Positions 35,807-49,607 are shown, numbered from the stretch's first letter. The stretch is DNA of 64,000 nt from Anaeromyxobacteraceae bacterium (GCA_032654565.1 JAULAX010000017.1:224001-288000); one strand, 5' to 3'. Notes: generated by a model not told the origin, from the letters alone. Program-made: numbers and translations.

Positions 35807-37131
35807 GCCTTCGTGAAGTCGGGATCGGCATCGCCGGGTTCGGCACCGTCGGGGGCGGGGTGCTCTCGATCCTCAGCCGCCACGCCGGAGACATCGAGGC
35901 CCGCCTGGGGGCGCGGCTGGCGGTGAAGCGGGTGGCGCTTCGCGACGCCGGGAAGAGCCGGGCGCTCGAGGTGCCGGCGGCGCTGCTCACCACCCGGGTC
36001 GAGGACCTCCTGGAGGATCCCAGCATCCAGGTGGTGGTGGAGCTGATGGGCGGGGTCGACGAGGCCTTCGCGCTGGTCACCGGCGCCCTCTCGCGGGGGA
36101 AGCACGTGGTGACCGCCAACAAGGCGCTGCTGGCCACCCGGGGGCAGGAGATCTTCAAGCTGGCCCGGGCCAAGAGCGTCGACGTCTACTACGAGGCGGC
36201 CGTCTGCGGCGGCGTCCCCATCATCCGCACCCTGCGCGAGTCGCTGGCCTCGGACCGGATCAACGGCCTCATCGGCATCGTCAACGGCACCACCAACTTC
36301 ATCCTCACCGCCATGGCCGAACGCGGCGAGGCCATCGGGCCGGTGCTGGCCGAGGCCCAGCGGCTGGGGTACGCCGAGGCCGATCCCTTCCTCGACGTCT
36401 CCGGCGGCGACGCCGCGCAGAAGCTCTGCGTGCTGGCCCAGCTGGCCTTCGGGGCCCGGCTGGAGCCGGGGGACGTGCTCACCGAGGGGATCATGCAGCT
36501 CTCCCCGGACGACTTCCGCTGGGGGCGCGAGTTCGGCTACACCCTCAAGCTGCTGGCGGTGGCCCGGCGCTGCGAGCCGGGCGGCACCGGCCCGGGCGGC
36601 AAGGACCTCATCGAGGCCCGGGTCCACCCGGCCTTCATCCCCCAGGCCTCGCTGATGGCCGGGGTGCGCGGGGCCATGAACGCGGTGGTGCTCCGCTCCG
36701 AGTCGCTGGGGGCCTCGATGCTCTACGGGCAGGGGGCCGGCGCCATGCCCACCGGGAGCGCCGTGGTCTCCGACATCATCGACCTGACCCGCAACATCCT
36801 GGCCGGGAGCCCGGGCCGGGTGCCGCTGCCGCCGGAGCGCTCGCTGGTCGAGCTGCGCCCCCACAGCGAGATCCGCTGCGCCTATTACCTGCACTTCTCG
36901 GTCAAGGACGAGCCCGGGGTGCTGGCCCGCATCGCCTCGACGCTGGCGGCCCGCTCCATCTCGGTGGCCGCCGTGCAGCAGCGCGAGCAGGCCGATCCGG
37001 CGGCGCCGGTGCCGCTGGTCTTCGTCACCCACCAGGCCCGGGAGGCCGACCTCAAGGCGGCCACCGCCGAGATCGACGGCCACCCGGCCACGCTCAACCC
37101 CACCCGCTTCATCCGCATCGAGTCGGTGTAG
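35803..37131 (+). CDS. hom: Homoserine dehydrogenase with ACT domain
   Basis: GFGTVGGG, VVTANK, GIVNGTTNFIL, GYAEADP, DEPGVLARI. Confidence 0.95.
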   Translation: MSLREVGIGIAGFGTVGGGVLSILSRHAGDIEARLGARLAVKRVALRDAGKSRALEVPAALLTTRVEDLLEDPSIQVVVELMGGVDEAFALVTGALSRGKHVVTANKALLATRGQEIFKLARAKSVDVYYEAAVCGGVPIIRTLRESLASDRINGLIGIVNGTTNFILTAMAERGEAIGPVLAEAQRLGYAEADPFLDVSGGDAAQKLCVLAQLAFGARLEPGDVLTEGIMQLSPDDFRWGREFGYTLKLLAVARRCEPGGTGPGGKDLIEARVHPAFIPQASLMAGVRGAMNAVVLRSESLGASMLYGQGAGAMPTGSAVVSDIIDLTRNILAGSPGRVPLPPERSLVELRPHSEIRCAYYLHFSVKDEPGVLARIASTLAARSISVAAVQQREQADPAAPVPLVFVTHQAREADLKAATAEIDGHPATLNPTRFIRIESV

Positions 37132-37141
37132 GGAGGCCGGC

Positions 37142-37552
37142 GTGGTCGCCACCGAGCTGCGGGTCATCTACGGCGACACCGACCAGATGGGCGTCGTCTA
37201 CTACGCCAACTACCTGCGCTACTTCGAGGCGGGTCGGAACGAGTTCATCCGGGCCAAGGGGCTGCGCTACCGCGACTTCGAGGAGCGCTACTCGCTGCGC
37301 CTGCCGGTCACCGAGGCCGGCGTCCGCTACCAGCAGCCGGCCCGCTACGACGACCTGCTCCGGCTGGAGACCTCCCTCGAGGAGGTCCGCCGGGCCTCGG
37401 CCAGCTTCGGCTACCGGCTGGTCCGCGACGGGGTGCTGCTGGCCACCGGGCGCACCGTCCACGCCTGCGTCGACCTGGCCGGCAAGGTGCGGCGACTGCC
37501 GGAGGAGCTGGTGAGCCGGCTCTCGGCGGGCGAGGCGACGGCGCAGGACTGA
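37142..37552 (+). CDS. Acyl-CoA thioesterase, YbgC/FadM (4HBT) family
   Basis: YGDTDQMGVVYYANYLRYFEAGR. Confidence 0.9.
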   Translation: MVATELRVIYGDTDQMGVVYYANYLRYFEAGRNEFIRAKGLRYRDFEERYSLRLPVTEAGVRYQQPARYDDLLRLETSLEEVRRASASFGYRLVRDGVLLATGRTVHACVDLAGKVRRLPEELVSRLSAGEATAQD

Positions 37553-37602
37553 GCGGTCACCGCGGCCCCTCGGGGCGCCGCGGCCCGCAGGGAGAGGACA
37601 CC

Positions 37603-38043
37603 ATGGCCGAGGTCTCCAAGGAGCTGCTCATCGCCTGCACGCCGGAGCGGCTCTTCGACGTGCTGATCGACTACGCCCGGTACCCGGAGTTCGTGCCCGG
37701 CATCAAGGCCTGCCGGGTGCTGCCGGGGAAGGGCGACCGCCAGGTGGAGTACCAGCTCGACCTGGGGCTGAAGCGGATCACCTACGTGCTCCGACACGTG
37801 GAGCAGCGGCCCACCCGGGTGTCCTGGTCGCTGGTGAGCGGGGACGCCCTCAAGGTCTCCAACGGCTCCTGGGAGCTGACCCCGGAGGGGACCGGGACCC
37901 GGGCCCGCTACTCGGTGGAGATCCAGGTGGCCAAGCCGCTCCTCATCCCCCAGTCGGTCATCGACACGCTCACCGACGAGATGACCCGGGTCCAGTTGCC
38001 GAAGACCCTGGACGCCTTCAAGGCGCGCGCCGAGCGCCCCTGA
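37603..38043 (+). CDS. SRPBCC/polyketide cyclase-like protein
   Basis: LFDVLIDYARYPEFVPGIK, NGSWEL. Confidence 0.85.
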   Translation: MAEVSKELLIACTPERLFDVLIDYARYPEFVPGIKACRVLPGKGDRQVEYQLDLGLKRITYVLRHVEQRPTRVSWSLVSGDALKVSNGSWELTPEGTGTRARYSVEIQVAKPLLIPQSVIDTLTDEMTRVQLPKTLDAFKARAERP

Positions 38044-38270
38044 TCGGCCGGCGAACAGCTCGCTCGGAGTCCTGCCGGGGCGTGTCGCTTGCGTTATGAT
38101 GGAGGGGCCAGGTCCGCTCCCCCCGGCGCAACCGCGCCAGACCACGGGGGAAGTTGGCGGGGCCGGGGCCGCCCGGGCCGGAGTGAAGAAACCCGGAGGG
38201 GTCCTGCGTCTGGACAAGCGGAACGGCGGTTGCATCCTGAGCGGGAGTGAGAGGATCGCGGAGCGAGCAG

Positions 38271-38438
38271 ATGCTGGACGCCTACGTCATCGAGGAGATC
38301 AAGCGGCGCGAGCAGCGGCGCGAGCGCGACCAGCGCCCGGTGGCCGAGCTGCCGGTGCCGCCGCCTCCCGAGCCGCGCCCGCCGGAGGGCGGGCCGGAGC
38401 GCCCCAGCCGCGGCGTGGTCATCATCGACCTCGACTGA
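38271..38438 (+). CDS. Small hypothetical protein (55 aa)
   Basis: MLDAYVIEEIKRREQ...RGVVIIDLD; coding-like codon bias, GGAG upstream. Confidence 0.7.
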   Translation: MLDAYVIEEIKRREQRRERDQRPVAELPVPPPPEPRPPEGGPERPSRGVVIIDLD

Positions 38439-38485
38439 TCGGCCGGGCCTGCGGGTCACCGCGCCGCGCCGACGAATCAGGTTGA

Positions 38486-39859
<1,374 letters not shown>

Positions 39860-39946
39860 CGGCAGGGGCCGGGGCGGGAACCGCCCGTCCGGCAAAGCGA
39901 AAGTTCTCGCGGGCGCTCGTTGACAACGTCGACGGGCGCCCGCTAG

Positions 39947-41353
<1,407 letters not shown>

Positions 41354-41362
41354 GGTGACGCC

Positions 41363-42289
41363 ATGGGGGAGCGGGTCACGGTCTACGAGGTCGGTCCCCG
41401 CGACGGCCTGCAGAACGAGGCGGCGCTGGTCCCCACCCCCGGGAAGCTGGCGCTGATCACGGCGCTGGCCGAGGCCGGGATCAGCCGCATCGAGGCCACC
41501 AGCTTCGTCTCGCCCGCCTGGATCCCGCAGCTGGCCGACGCCGCCGAGGTGACGGCGGCGCTGCCGAGGCTCCCCGGGGTCAGCTACGTGGTGCTGGTCC
41601 CCAACGCCAAGGGGCTGGCCCGGCTCCGCGAGGCGCTGGCCCGGGCGCCCGGCGGGCCGCCGGTGGCGGCGGCGGTCTTCCTCTCCGCCTCCGAGGCGCA
41701 CAACCAGAAGAACGTCAACAAGTCGGTCGAGGAGACCTTCGCCGCCTTCGCCGAGGTCATCCCCCCGGCCCGCGCCGCCGGGCTCGAGGTGCGCGGCTAC
41801 GTGTCGACGGTCTTCGGCTGCCCGTACCAGGGCGCGGTCGATCCGGGACGGGCCGCCGAGGTGGCGCTGCGGCTGCTGGAGCTCGGCTGCGGGCAGGTCT
41901 CGCTGGGCGACACCATCGGCGTCGGCACCCCGGCCCAGGTGCGGGCGGTGCTGCGGCGCCTGCTCCCGGCGGTGCCGGCCGGGCGGCTGGCCCTCCACCT
42001 CCACGACACCCGGGGGACGGCGCTGGCCAACGCCCTGGCCGGGCTGGAGGAGGGGATCACCACCTTCGACGCCTCGGTGGGGGGGCTGGGCGGCTGCCCC
42101 TACGCCCCCGGCGCCTCGGGGAACCTGGCCACCGAAGATCTGGTGTACCTGCTCCACGGCATGGGATACGACACGGGAATCGATTTTGACAGGCTGGTGG
42201 AGGCCGGCGCCCTGGCGCAACGGCTCACCGGCCGCATCCTGCCGGGGAGGGCGCTCCGGGCGGCGCTGGCGACGCGAACGGAGGGGTGA
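41363..42289 (+). CDS. Hydroxymethylglutaryl-CoA lyase
   Basis: EVGPRDGLQNE, LGDTIG, HLHDT, GGLGGCPYAPGASGN. Confidence 0.93.
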   Translation: MGERVTVYEVGPRDGLQNEAALVPTPGKLALITALAEAGISRIEATSFVSPAWIPQLADAAEVTAALPRLPGVSYVVLVPNAKGLARLREALARAPGGPPVAAAVFLSASEAHNQKNVNKSVEETFAAFAEVIPPARAAGLEVRGYVSTVFGCPYQGAVDPGRAAEVALRLLELGCGQVSLGDTIGVGTPAQVRAVLRRLLPAVPAGRLALHLHDTRGTALANALAGLEEGITTFDASVGGLGGCPYAPGASGNLATEDLVYLLHGMGYDTGIDFDRLVEAGALAQRLTGRILPGRALRAALATRTEG

Positions 42290-42290
42290 C

Positions 42291-43064
42291 ATGGAGTGGA
42301 ACGTCGAGCGGTTCGGCGCCATCGAGCGGTGGACCATCCTCGGCGAGCCCCGGCGCAACTCCCTGACCGTGGCCCTGCTCCACGAGCTCACCGAGCACCA
42401 GGCCCGGGCCGCCGCCGACCGGGCGCTGCGGGTGGTGATCGTGACCGGGGCCGGGGAGAAGGCCTTCTGCGCCGGCGCCGATCTCAAGGAGCGGGCCCGG
42501 ATGGACGAGGGGACGGTGGCCGGCTTCCACAAGGCCATCCGCGCCGCCTTCGACGGCTTCGAGGCGCTGCCGCAGCCGGTCATCGCCGCCGTCAATGGGG
42601 TGGCGCTGGGCGGCGGGCTGGAGCTGGCCCTGGCCTGCGACCTGCGGATCGCCGCCGAGGGGGCCGAGGTGGCGCTGCCCGAGGTCGGCCTCGGCATCAT
42701 CCCCGGGGCCGGCGGCACGCAGCGGCTGCCGCGGGTGATCGGGGTGGCCCGGGCCAAGGAGCTGATCCTCACCGCCCGCCGGGTCAGCGCGCACGAGGCG
42801 CTGGCCATGGGGCTGGTCGGGCAGGTGGTGCCGGCCGCCGACCTCGCCGCGGCGGCGCTGGCCCTGGCCGAGCGGGTGTCGCGCAACGCGCCCATCTCCC
42901 TGCGCCAGGCCAAGCGGGCCATCGACCGGGGGCTGTCGCTGCCCCTCCACGAGGCCCTCGATCTCGAGAACCGGCTCTACCAGGCCTGCATCCCCACCGC
43001 GGACCGGCGGGAGGCGCTGCAGGCCTTCGCCGAGAAGCGCGCCCCGGTCTTCAAGGGCGAGTGA
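42291..43064 (+). CDS. Enoyl-CoA hydratase (methylglutaconyl-CoA hydratase-like)
   Basis: AFCAGADLKER, ALGGGLELALACD, PEVGLGIIPGAGGTQRL. Confidence 0.9.
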   Translation: MEWNVERFGAIERWTILGEPRRNSLTVALLHELTEHQARAAADRALRVVIVTGAGEKAFCAGADLKERARMDEGTVAGFHKAIRAAFDGFEALPQPVIAAVNGVALGGGLELALACDLRIAAEGAEVALPEVGLGIIPGAGGTQRLPRVIGVARAKELILTARRVSAHEALAMGLVGQVVPAADLAAAALALAERVSRNAPISLRQAKRAIDRGLSLPLHEALDLENRLYQACIPTADRREALQAFAEKRAPVFKGE

Positions 43065-43115
43065 CGCGTCGACGCCCCGGTGCCCCCGGGCCGCGGCGAC
43101 TTCAAGGAGCCACCG

Positions 43116-44645
43116 ATGAACCGTGACGAGCAGATCGAAGCCGAGCTGGCCAGGGTGCGGCGCGGCGGCGCCGAGCGTTACCACCAGAAGAACCGCGAGC
43201 AGGGCAAGCTCTTCGTCCGCGAGCGGCTCGACCTGCTCCTCGACGCCGGCTCCTTCGTGGAGGACGCCGCCCTGGCCAACGCCCTCGATCCCGAGCTGCC
43301 CGCCGACGGGGTGGTCACCGGCCTGGGGACCATCGACGGCCGGCCGGTGGCGGTGATGGCCAACGACTCGACGGTCAAGGCCGGCTCCTGGGGGGCCCGC
43401 ACCGTCGAGAAGATCCTGCGCATCCAGGAGGTGGCGGCGGCGCAGCGGCTGCCGCTCTTCTACCTGGTCGACTCGGCCGGCGCCCGCATCACCGACCAGG
43501 TGGAGATGTTCCCGGGGCGGCGCGGCGCCGGGCGCATCTTCCTCAACGAGGTCCAGCTCTCCGGCCGGGTGCCGCAGATCTGCCTGCTCTTCGGCCCCTC
43601 GGCGGCCGGGGGCGCCTACATCCCGGCCTTCTGCGACATCGTGGTGATGGTCGAGGGCAACGCCTCGATGTACCTCGGCTCGCCGCGCATGGCCGAGATG
43701 GTGATCGGCGAGAAGGTGACGCTGGAGGAGCTGGGCGGGGCGCGGATGCACTGCTCGGTCTCCGGGTGCGGCGACTTCCTGGTCAAGACCGAGCAGGAGG
43801 CGCTGGCGCTGGCGCGGCGCTGGTTCTCCTACTTCCCGCGCAGCCACCGCGAGCTGGCCCCGGCGGCGCCGCCCCGGCCGCCCCGGGCCGGGGTGCGGAC
43901 CCTGGAGGAGATCATCCCCGGCGACCAGAACCGCCCCTTCGACATGACCGAGCTGATCGAGGCGGTGGTCGACGAGGGGAGCTTCCTGGAGGTCAAGAAG
44001 CTCTGGGCCGGCGAGCTGGTGACCGGGCTGGCCCGCCTCGACGGCCGGGTGGTGGGGGTGGTGGCCAACCAGCCCAAGGTCAAGGGCGGCGTGCTCTTCG
44101 TCGACTCGGCCGACAAGGCGGCCCGCTTCATCTGGCTCTGCGACGCCTTCAACATCCCGCTGCTCTACCTCTCCGACGTCCCCGGCTTCATGATCGGCAC
44201 CAAGGTGGAGCGGGCCGGCATCATCCGCGCCGGGGCCAAGATGATCAGCGCCGTCTCCGAGGCCACGGTGCCGCGCATCTGCGTGGTGGTCCGCAAGGCC
44301 TACGGCGCCGGGCTCTACGCCATGGACGGCCCGGGCTTCGCCCCGTCGGCCACCCTGGCGCTCCCCGAGGCCATGATCGCGGTGATGGGTCCGGAGGCGG
44401 CGGTCAACGCCGTCTACTTCAACAAGATCCAGGAGAAGCCGGAGGCGGAGCGGCCGGCCTACGTCACGGCGCTGCGCGACGAGTACAAGAAGGACATCGA
44501 CCTGCTCAAGCTGGCCAGCGAGCTGGTGGTCGACGCCGTGGTGCCGGGGCGCGGGCTGCGCGAGGAGCTGTCGCGCCGCTACCGGCTCTACGCCTCGGGG
44601 TACGAGCCGGGGCTGCAGCGCAAGCGCGGCGTCACCCCGGTCTAG
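43116..44645 (+). CDS. Acyl-CoA carboxylase carboxyltransferase (beta) subunit
   Basis: DGVVTG, DSAGAR, AAGGAY, LGGARMH, DVPGF, RKAYGAG. Confidence 0.92.
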   Translation: MNRDEQIEAELARVRRGGAERYHQKNREQGKLFVRERLDLLLDAGSFVEDAALANALDPELPADGVVTGLGTIDGRPVAVMANDSTVKAGSWGARTVEKILRIQEVAAAQRLPLFYLVDSAGARITDQVEMFPGRRGAGRIFLNEVQLSGRVPQICLLFGPSAAGGAYIPAFCDIVVMVEGNASMYLGSPRMAEMVIGEKVTLEELGGARMHCSVSGCGDFLVKTEQEALALARRWFSYFPRSHRELAPAAPPRPPRAGVRTLEEIIPGDQNRPFDMTELIEAVVDEGSFLEVKKLWAGELVTGLARLDGRVVGVVANQPKVKGGVLFVDSADKAARFIWLCDAFNIPLLYLSDVPGFMIGTKVERAGIIRAGAKMISAVSEATVPRICVVVRKAYGAGLYAMDGPGFAPSATLALPEAMIAVMGPEAAVNAVYFNKIQEKPEAERPAYVTALRDEYKKDIDLLKLASELVVDAVVPGRGLREELSRRYRLYASGYEPGLQRKRGVTPV

Positions 44646-44654
44646 GAGATCACC

Positions 44655-45809
44655 ATGGACTTCGTGCTGCCCGAGGAGTTGGTCGAGATCCAGCGCACCG
44701 TGCGCGAGCTGTGCCAGGCCGAGGTGGCCCCCCACGCCCGGGCCTGGGACAAGAGCGGCGACTTCCCCTGGGCGGTGGTCAAGCACCTGGGCGAGCTGGG
44801 GCTGATGGGAATCGCCGTGCCCGAGGCCTACGGCGGCGCCGGGCTGGGGGCCATGGCCACCTCGGTCGTGATCGAGGAGATCGCCCGCTGGGACGGCTCC
44901 CTGGCCCTCACCGTGGCCAGCCACAACGGGCTGGGGCAGGGGCACATCCTCAAGTTCGGCACCGAGGCCCAGAAGCAGCGCTGGATCCCGCCGCTGGCGC
45001 GCGGCGAGAAGCTGGCGGCCTGGGGGCTCACCGAGCCGGGCAGCGGCTCGGACGCCTCCGGCCTGACCTCCACCGCGGTCCGCAAGGGCGGCCGCTGGGT
45101 GCTCAACGGCGCCAAGACCTTCATCACCCAGGGGACGGTGGGCGATACCTTCCTGGTGCTGGCGCTCACCGACCCGGCCCGCAAGCAGCACGGCATCACC
45201 GCCTTCGTGGTCGAGAAGGGGACCCCAGGCTTCACCCAGCGGAAGATCCACGACAAGCTGGGGATGCGCTCCTCCGACACCGCCGAGCTGCACCTCGAGG
45301 ACGTCGAGGTGAGCGACGACCACCGCATCGGCGAGCTGCACCAGGGGTTCATCAACACCCTGCAGATCCTCGACCGCGGCCGCATCACCATCGGGGCGCT
45401 CGCGGTGGGGCTGGGGCGGGGAGCGCTGGAGGAGGCGCGCCGCTACGCCCTGGAGCGGAAGACCTTCGGCAAGCCCATCGCCGAGCACCAGGCCATCTCC
45501 TTCATGCTGGCCGACATGGCCACCGAGATCGACGCGGCCCGGCTGCTGGTGCGGCGGGCGGCGGCCCTCTGCGACGCCGGCCAGCGCTTCAGCCGCGAGG
45601 CGGCCATGGGGAAGCTCTTCGCCAGCGAGGCGGCCATGCGGGCCACCAGCAAGGCCATCCAGATCCACGGCGGCTACGGCTATACTCAGGACTTCCCGGT
45701 GGAGCGCTACTTCCGGGACGCCAAGCTCTGCGAGATCGGCGAGGGGACCAGCGAGGTCCAGCGGATGGTGATCGGCCGCGACCTGCTGGCTCGCGGTGTG
45801 CTGGCCTAG
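44655..45809 (+). CDS. Acyl-CoA dehydrogenase
   Basis: GLTEPGSGSD, KTFIT, KLGMRSS, QIHGGYGY, EIGEGTSE. Confidence 0.94.
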   Translation: MDFVLPEELVEIQRTVRELCQAEVAPHARAWDKSGDFPWAVVKHLGELGLMGIAVPEAYGGAGLGAMATSVVIEEIARWDGSLALTVASHNGLGQGHILKFGTEAQKQRWIPPLARGEKLAAWGLTEPGSGSDASGLTSTAVRKGGRWVLNGAKTFITQGTVGDTFLVLALTDPARKQHGITAFVVEKGTPGFTQRKIHDKLGMRSSDTAELHLEDVEVSDDHRIGELHQGFINTLQILDRGRITIGALAVGLGRGALEEARRYALERKTFGKPIAEHQAISFMLADMATEIDAARLLVRRAAALCDAGQRFSREAAMGKLFASEAAMRATSKAIQIHGGYGYTQDFPVERYFRDAKLCEIGEGTSEVQRMVIGRDLLARGVLA

Positions 45810-45835
45810 GGGCGCGCCGGAGCGGACCAGACGAC

Positions 45836-47164
45836 ATGGGTGAAGGCGAACACACCATCATCGGGCGCATCGCCCGCGAGCGGCTCAACCAGATCGCCTC
45901 GCGCAAGCTCTCCACGCTGGGGGTGCCGGTGCGGCTGGCGTCGGACCGCGAGACCCTGGAGGGCGAGCTGGGCTTCACCGGCCGGGTCATCCACCCGCTC
46001 ACCGGGCAGCCGGTGGCCCGGGCCCGCTTCGTGGTCTCCGGCCACGACCGGCTCACCTTCCTGGAGCCGCCGCTGGCGGCGCTCGGGCCCGTCGACTTCT
46101 ACGAGCACGAGCGGCTGGTGGCCTTCGAGGTGGCCGTGGCGGCCGCGCTGGCGGCCCTCCACAGCCAGCTCGAGGACGTGGCGGCCCGGCTGCGGGCGCT
46201 CCGGCTCGAGGTGGCCATCGACGCCGAGCGGCTCCAGCTCCGGGCGGTGGTGAAGGCCCCGGGCCACGCCTTCGAGATCCTCGGTGGCGCCGACGGGGCC
46301 CGGGTCTCGCGGGTGGCGCCGGTGGGCGGGCGGCCCCAGGACGTGGCGCCGACCTTCCCGGCGCTGGACCTGCGGCAGTTCGCCAGCGGCGCCGATCTCG
46401 AGGACTTCCTCATCGCCTCGCTGCCGCAGATGGAGACCCGGCCGGCGGCCGCCGCCGCGCCGGAGCCGGAGGCGAGGGCGGCGGCCCAGCTCGAGGCCAC
46501 GCCGGCGCCGCGCAACGCCCTGACCCTGGCCCGGCTGGCCCAGGTCTTCGGCGACGACGCCATGCTGCCCCCCAACGCCATGGTGGAGCTGGTGCAGGAG
46601 TTCCAGTACGCCGGGACCCGCTACCGCTTCGTGGCCAGCCGCGAGATGGGGACCCGCTTCAAGGGGCGGCTGATCGGCCCCAGCGGCGACGTCTGGTCGG
46701 ACAAGTTCGAGCTCTCCAGCTTCACCGGGACCCGGGCGGTGGTGGCCAAGGCGCTGGGCGCCCCCCCTCCATCGCCGGCCGACAGCGGCGGCGGCGCCGT
46801 CGAGTTCCGCGGGGCCGACCCCGCCACCGGCGAGCTGCCCCAGCACCTGCAGCCCCACCCCGGGGAGGTCTGGGTGATGAACGTGGTGGTCGAGGAGGCC
46901 GGCCCCGACGAGGTCCGCTACGTCGGCACCGACATCGACGGCAAGCCCTACGGGGCCGCCCGGGTCCTGAAGCGCTCCGACTTCGAGGCGGTCTTCACCC
47001 AGGCGCGCGGCGGCTGGCGGCTGCTGATCCAGATCGACCAGGTGCTGGAGGGGGCGGTGCTCTACCGGCAGCTCGACCAGTCCCGCCAGCCCCTCGGTGC
47101 GCCGCGGAAGATGGCGGCCGCCATCCTGGTGGTCAACTTCGTGCCGGAGGCGGCGGCCTACTGA
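45836..47164 (+). CDS. Hypothetical protein (442 aa, multi-domain)
   Basis: Strong coding bias; Ala/Pro linkers separate domains; TGATG overlap with meaB. Confidence 0.8.
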   Translation: MGEGEHTIIGRIARERLNQIASRKLSTLGVPVRLASDRETLEGELGFTGRVIHPLTGQPVARARFVVSGHDRLTFLEPPLAALGPVDFYEHERLVAFEVAVAAALAALHSQLEDVAARLRALRLEVAIDAERLQLRAVVKAPGHAFEILGGADGARVSRVAPVGGRPQDVAPTFPALDLRQFASGADLEDFLIASLPQMETRPAAAAAPEPEARAAAQLEATPAPRNALTLARLAQVFGDDAMLPPNAMVELVQEFQYAGTRYRFVASREMGTRFKGRLIGPSGDVWSDKFELSSFTGTRAVVAKALGAPPPSPADSGGGAVEFRGADPATGELPQHLQPHPGEVWVMNVVVEEAGPDEVRYVGTDIDGKPYGAARVLKRSDFEAVFTQARGGWRLLIQIDQVLEGAVLYRQLDQSRQPLGAPRKMAAAILVVNFVPEAAAY

Positions 47165-48189
47165 TGAGCACCATGGCGGACCGGATCCTCCGCGGCGAGG
47201 TGCGGGCGGCGGCCAGGCTGATGCGCGACCTGGACGATCGCTACGCCGAGGCCGAGGTCACCCTGCGGGCCCTCTTCCCCCACACCGGCAAGGCCTGGGT
47301 GATCGGCATCACCGGCTCCCCGGGCGCCGGCAAGTCGACGCTCACCGACCAGCTCATCGGCCTGCACCGGCGCGCCGGGCGCAGCGTGGGGGTGATCGCC
47401 GTCGACCCCACCAGCCCGTTCTCCGGGGGGGCCATCCTCGGCGACCGCATCCGGATGCAGGACCACGCCACCGATCCCGGGGTCTTCATCCGCTCGCTCG
47501 GGACCCGCGGCCACCTCGGCGGGCTCTCCCGCTCCACCTCCGAGCTGGTCCACGTGCTCGACGCCATGGGGAAGGACGTCATCCTGGTGGAGACGGTCGG
47601 TGTCGGCCAGGACGAGGTGGAGATCGCCTCGCTGGCCCACACCGTGGTGGTGGTGGCGGTGCCGGGGATGGGCGACGACGTCCAGGCCATCAAGGCCGGG
47701 GTGCTGGAGATCGCCGACGTCTTCTGCGTCAACAAGGCCGACCGCGACGGGGCCGACCGGACCATCCGCGACCTGCAGGGGATGCTGGAGGTGCGGCGCA
47801 TCATCCAGGCGCCGCCCGCCGACCACGACCCGCACCACCACCCGGTGGAGGGCGCCCCGGCGCCGGAGGCGGCCAACGAGCCCGACGGCGGATGGGAGCC
47901 GCCCATCGTCCGCACCGTGGCGGTGACCGGGGAGGGGATGGAGGACCTGGCCGCGGCCACGCAGCGCCACCTCTCCTGGATGGAGGCCAGCGGCGAGAAG
48001 CGGCGCCGTGAGATCGCCCGGGCCCGGGCCGGCTTCATCGCCCTGCTCCGGGAGCGGCTGCTGGCCGGCGCCCTGGGCCGGCTGGAGGCCGAGCTGGGGC
48101 GGCTCGACGTGGTCTCGGCCCGCATCGCCGACCGCCAGGCCGATCCCTACGCCCTGGCCGCCGAGCTGGCGGCCCGGCTGCACGCCTGA
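47164..48189 (+). CDS. meaB: MeaB/ArgK GTPase (methylmalonyl-CoA mutase chaperone)
   Basis: GITGSPGAGKST, VDPTSPFSGGAILGDRIRM, ETVGVGQ, NKAD. Confidence 0.93.
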   Translation: MSTMADRILRGEVRAAARLMRDLDDRYAEAEVTLRALFPHTGKAWVIGITGSPGAGKSTLTDQLIGLHRRAGRSVGVIAVDPTSPFSGGAILGDRIRMQDHATDPGVFIRSLGTRGHLGGLSRSTSELVHVLDAMGKDVILVETVGVGQDEVEIASLAHTVVVVAVPGMGDDVQAIKAGVLEIADVFCVNKADRDGADRTIRDLQGMLEVRRIIQAPPADHDPHHHPVEGAPAPEAANEPDGGWEPPIVRTVAVTGEGMEDLAAATQRHLSWMEASGEKRRREIARARAGFIALLRERLLAGALGRLEAELGRLDVVSARIADRQADPYALAAELAARLHA

Positions 48190-48194
48190 GCGCC

Positions 48195-48938
48195 ATGGAG
48201 CCGGACGCCACCACCGGGCTCTCGCCCGCCGAGCGCGAGCTGGTCGCCGCGGTGGAGCAGCGCTGCGGGGTGGCCTTCCGGGCGCCGCGCACGGCGCTGG
48301 CCGCCCTCACCCACCGCTCCTACGTCAACGAGCACCCCGGCGAGCCGCTCGAGGACAACGAGCGGCTGGAGTTCCTCGGCGACGCCGTCATCGATCTCGC
48401 CATCTCCCACCGGCTCATGGAGCGCTTCCCGGCGGCGCGGGAGGGGGAGCTCTCCAAGCTGCGGGCGGCGGTGGTGGACGAGCCGGGGCTGGCCTCGCTG
48501 GCCCGGGCCTTCGGGGTCGGCCCGCTGCTGCGGCTGGGGCGCGGCGAGGAGCTGACCGGCGGCCGCGACAAGCCGTCGCTGCTGGCCGACGCCATGGAGG
48601 CGGTGGTGGCCGCCGTCTACCTGGAGGGCGGGCTGGGGGCGGTGCTGGCGCTGGTCGACCGCTACCTCGGCGAGACCTTCGACCGGGCCAGCGCCGGGAC
48701 CCTCGACCGCGACTACAAGACGCAGCTGCAGGAGCTGGCCCAGGCCCGGCTCCGGGTCGGGCCCCGCTACCGGGTGGTGGCCGAGACCGGACCGGACCAC
48801 GCCAAGCTCTTCGACGTGGAGGTGGAGCTGCGCGGCGAGGTGGTGGGGCGGGCCACCGGCCGCTCCAAGAAGGACGCCGAGCAGGGGGCGGCCCGGCTGG
48901 CGCTCGAGGTGCTTGCCGCGTCGCCGGGTGACCGTTAG
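48195..48938 (+). CDS. rnc: Ribonuclease III
   Basis: ALTHRS, NERLEFLGDAV, DYKTQLQE dsRBD. Confidence 0.96.
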   Translation: MEPDATTGLSPAERELVAAVEQRCGVAFRAPRTALAALTHRSYVNEHPGEPLEDNERLEFLGDAVIDLAISHRLMERFPAAREGELSKLRAAVVDEPGLASLARAFGVGPLLRLGRGEELTGGRDKPSLLADAMEAVVAAVYLEGGLGAVLALVDRYLGETFDRASAGTLDRDYKTQLQELAQARLRVGPRYRVVAETGPDHAKLFDVEVELRGEVVGRATGRSKKDAEQGAARLALEVLAASPGDR

Positions 48939-48948
48939 CATCCCGCGC

Positions 48949-49596
<648 letters not shown>

Positions 49597-49607
49597 CAGG
49601 AGCCACC

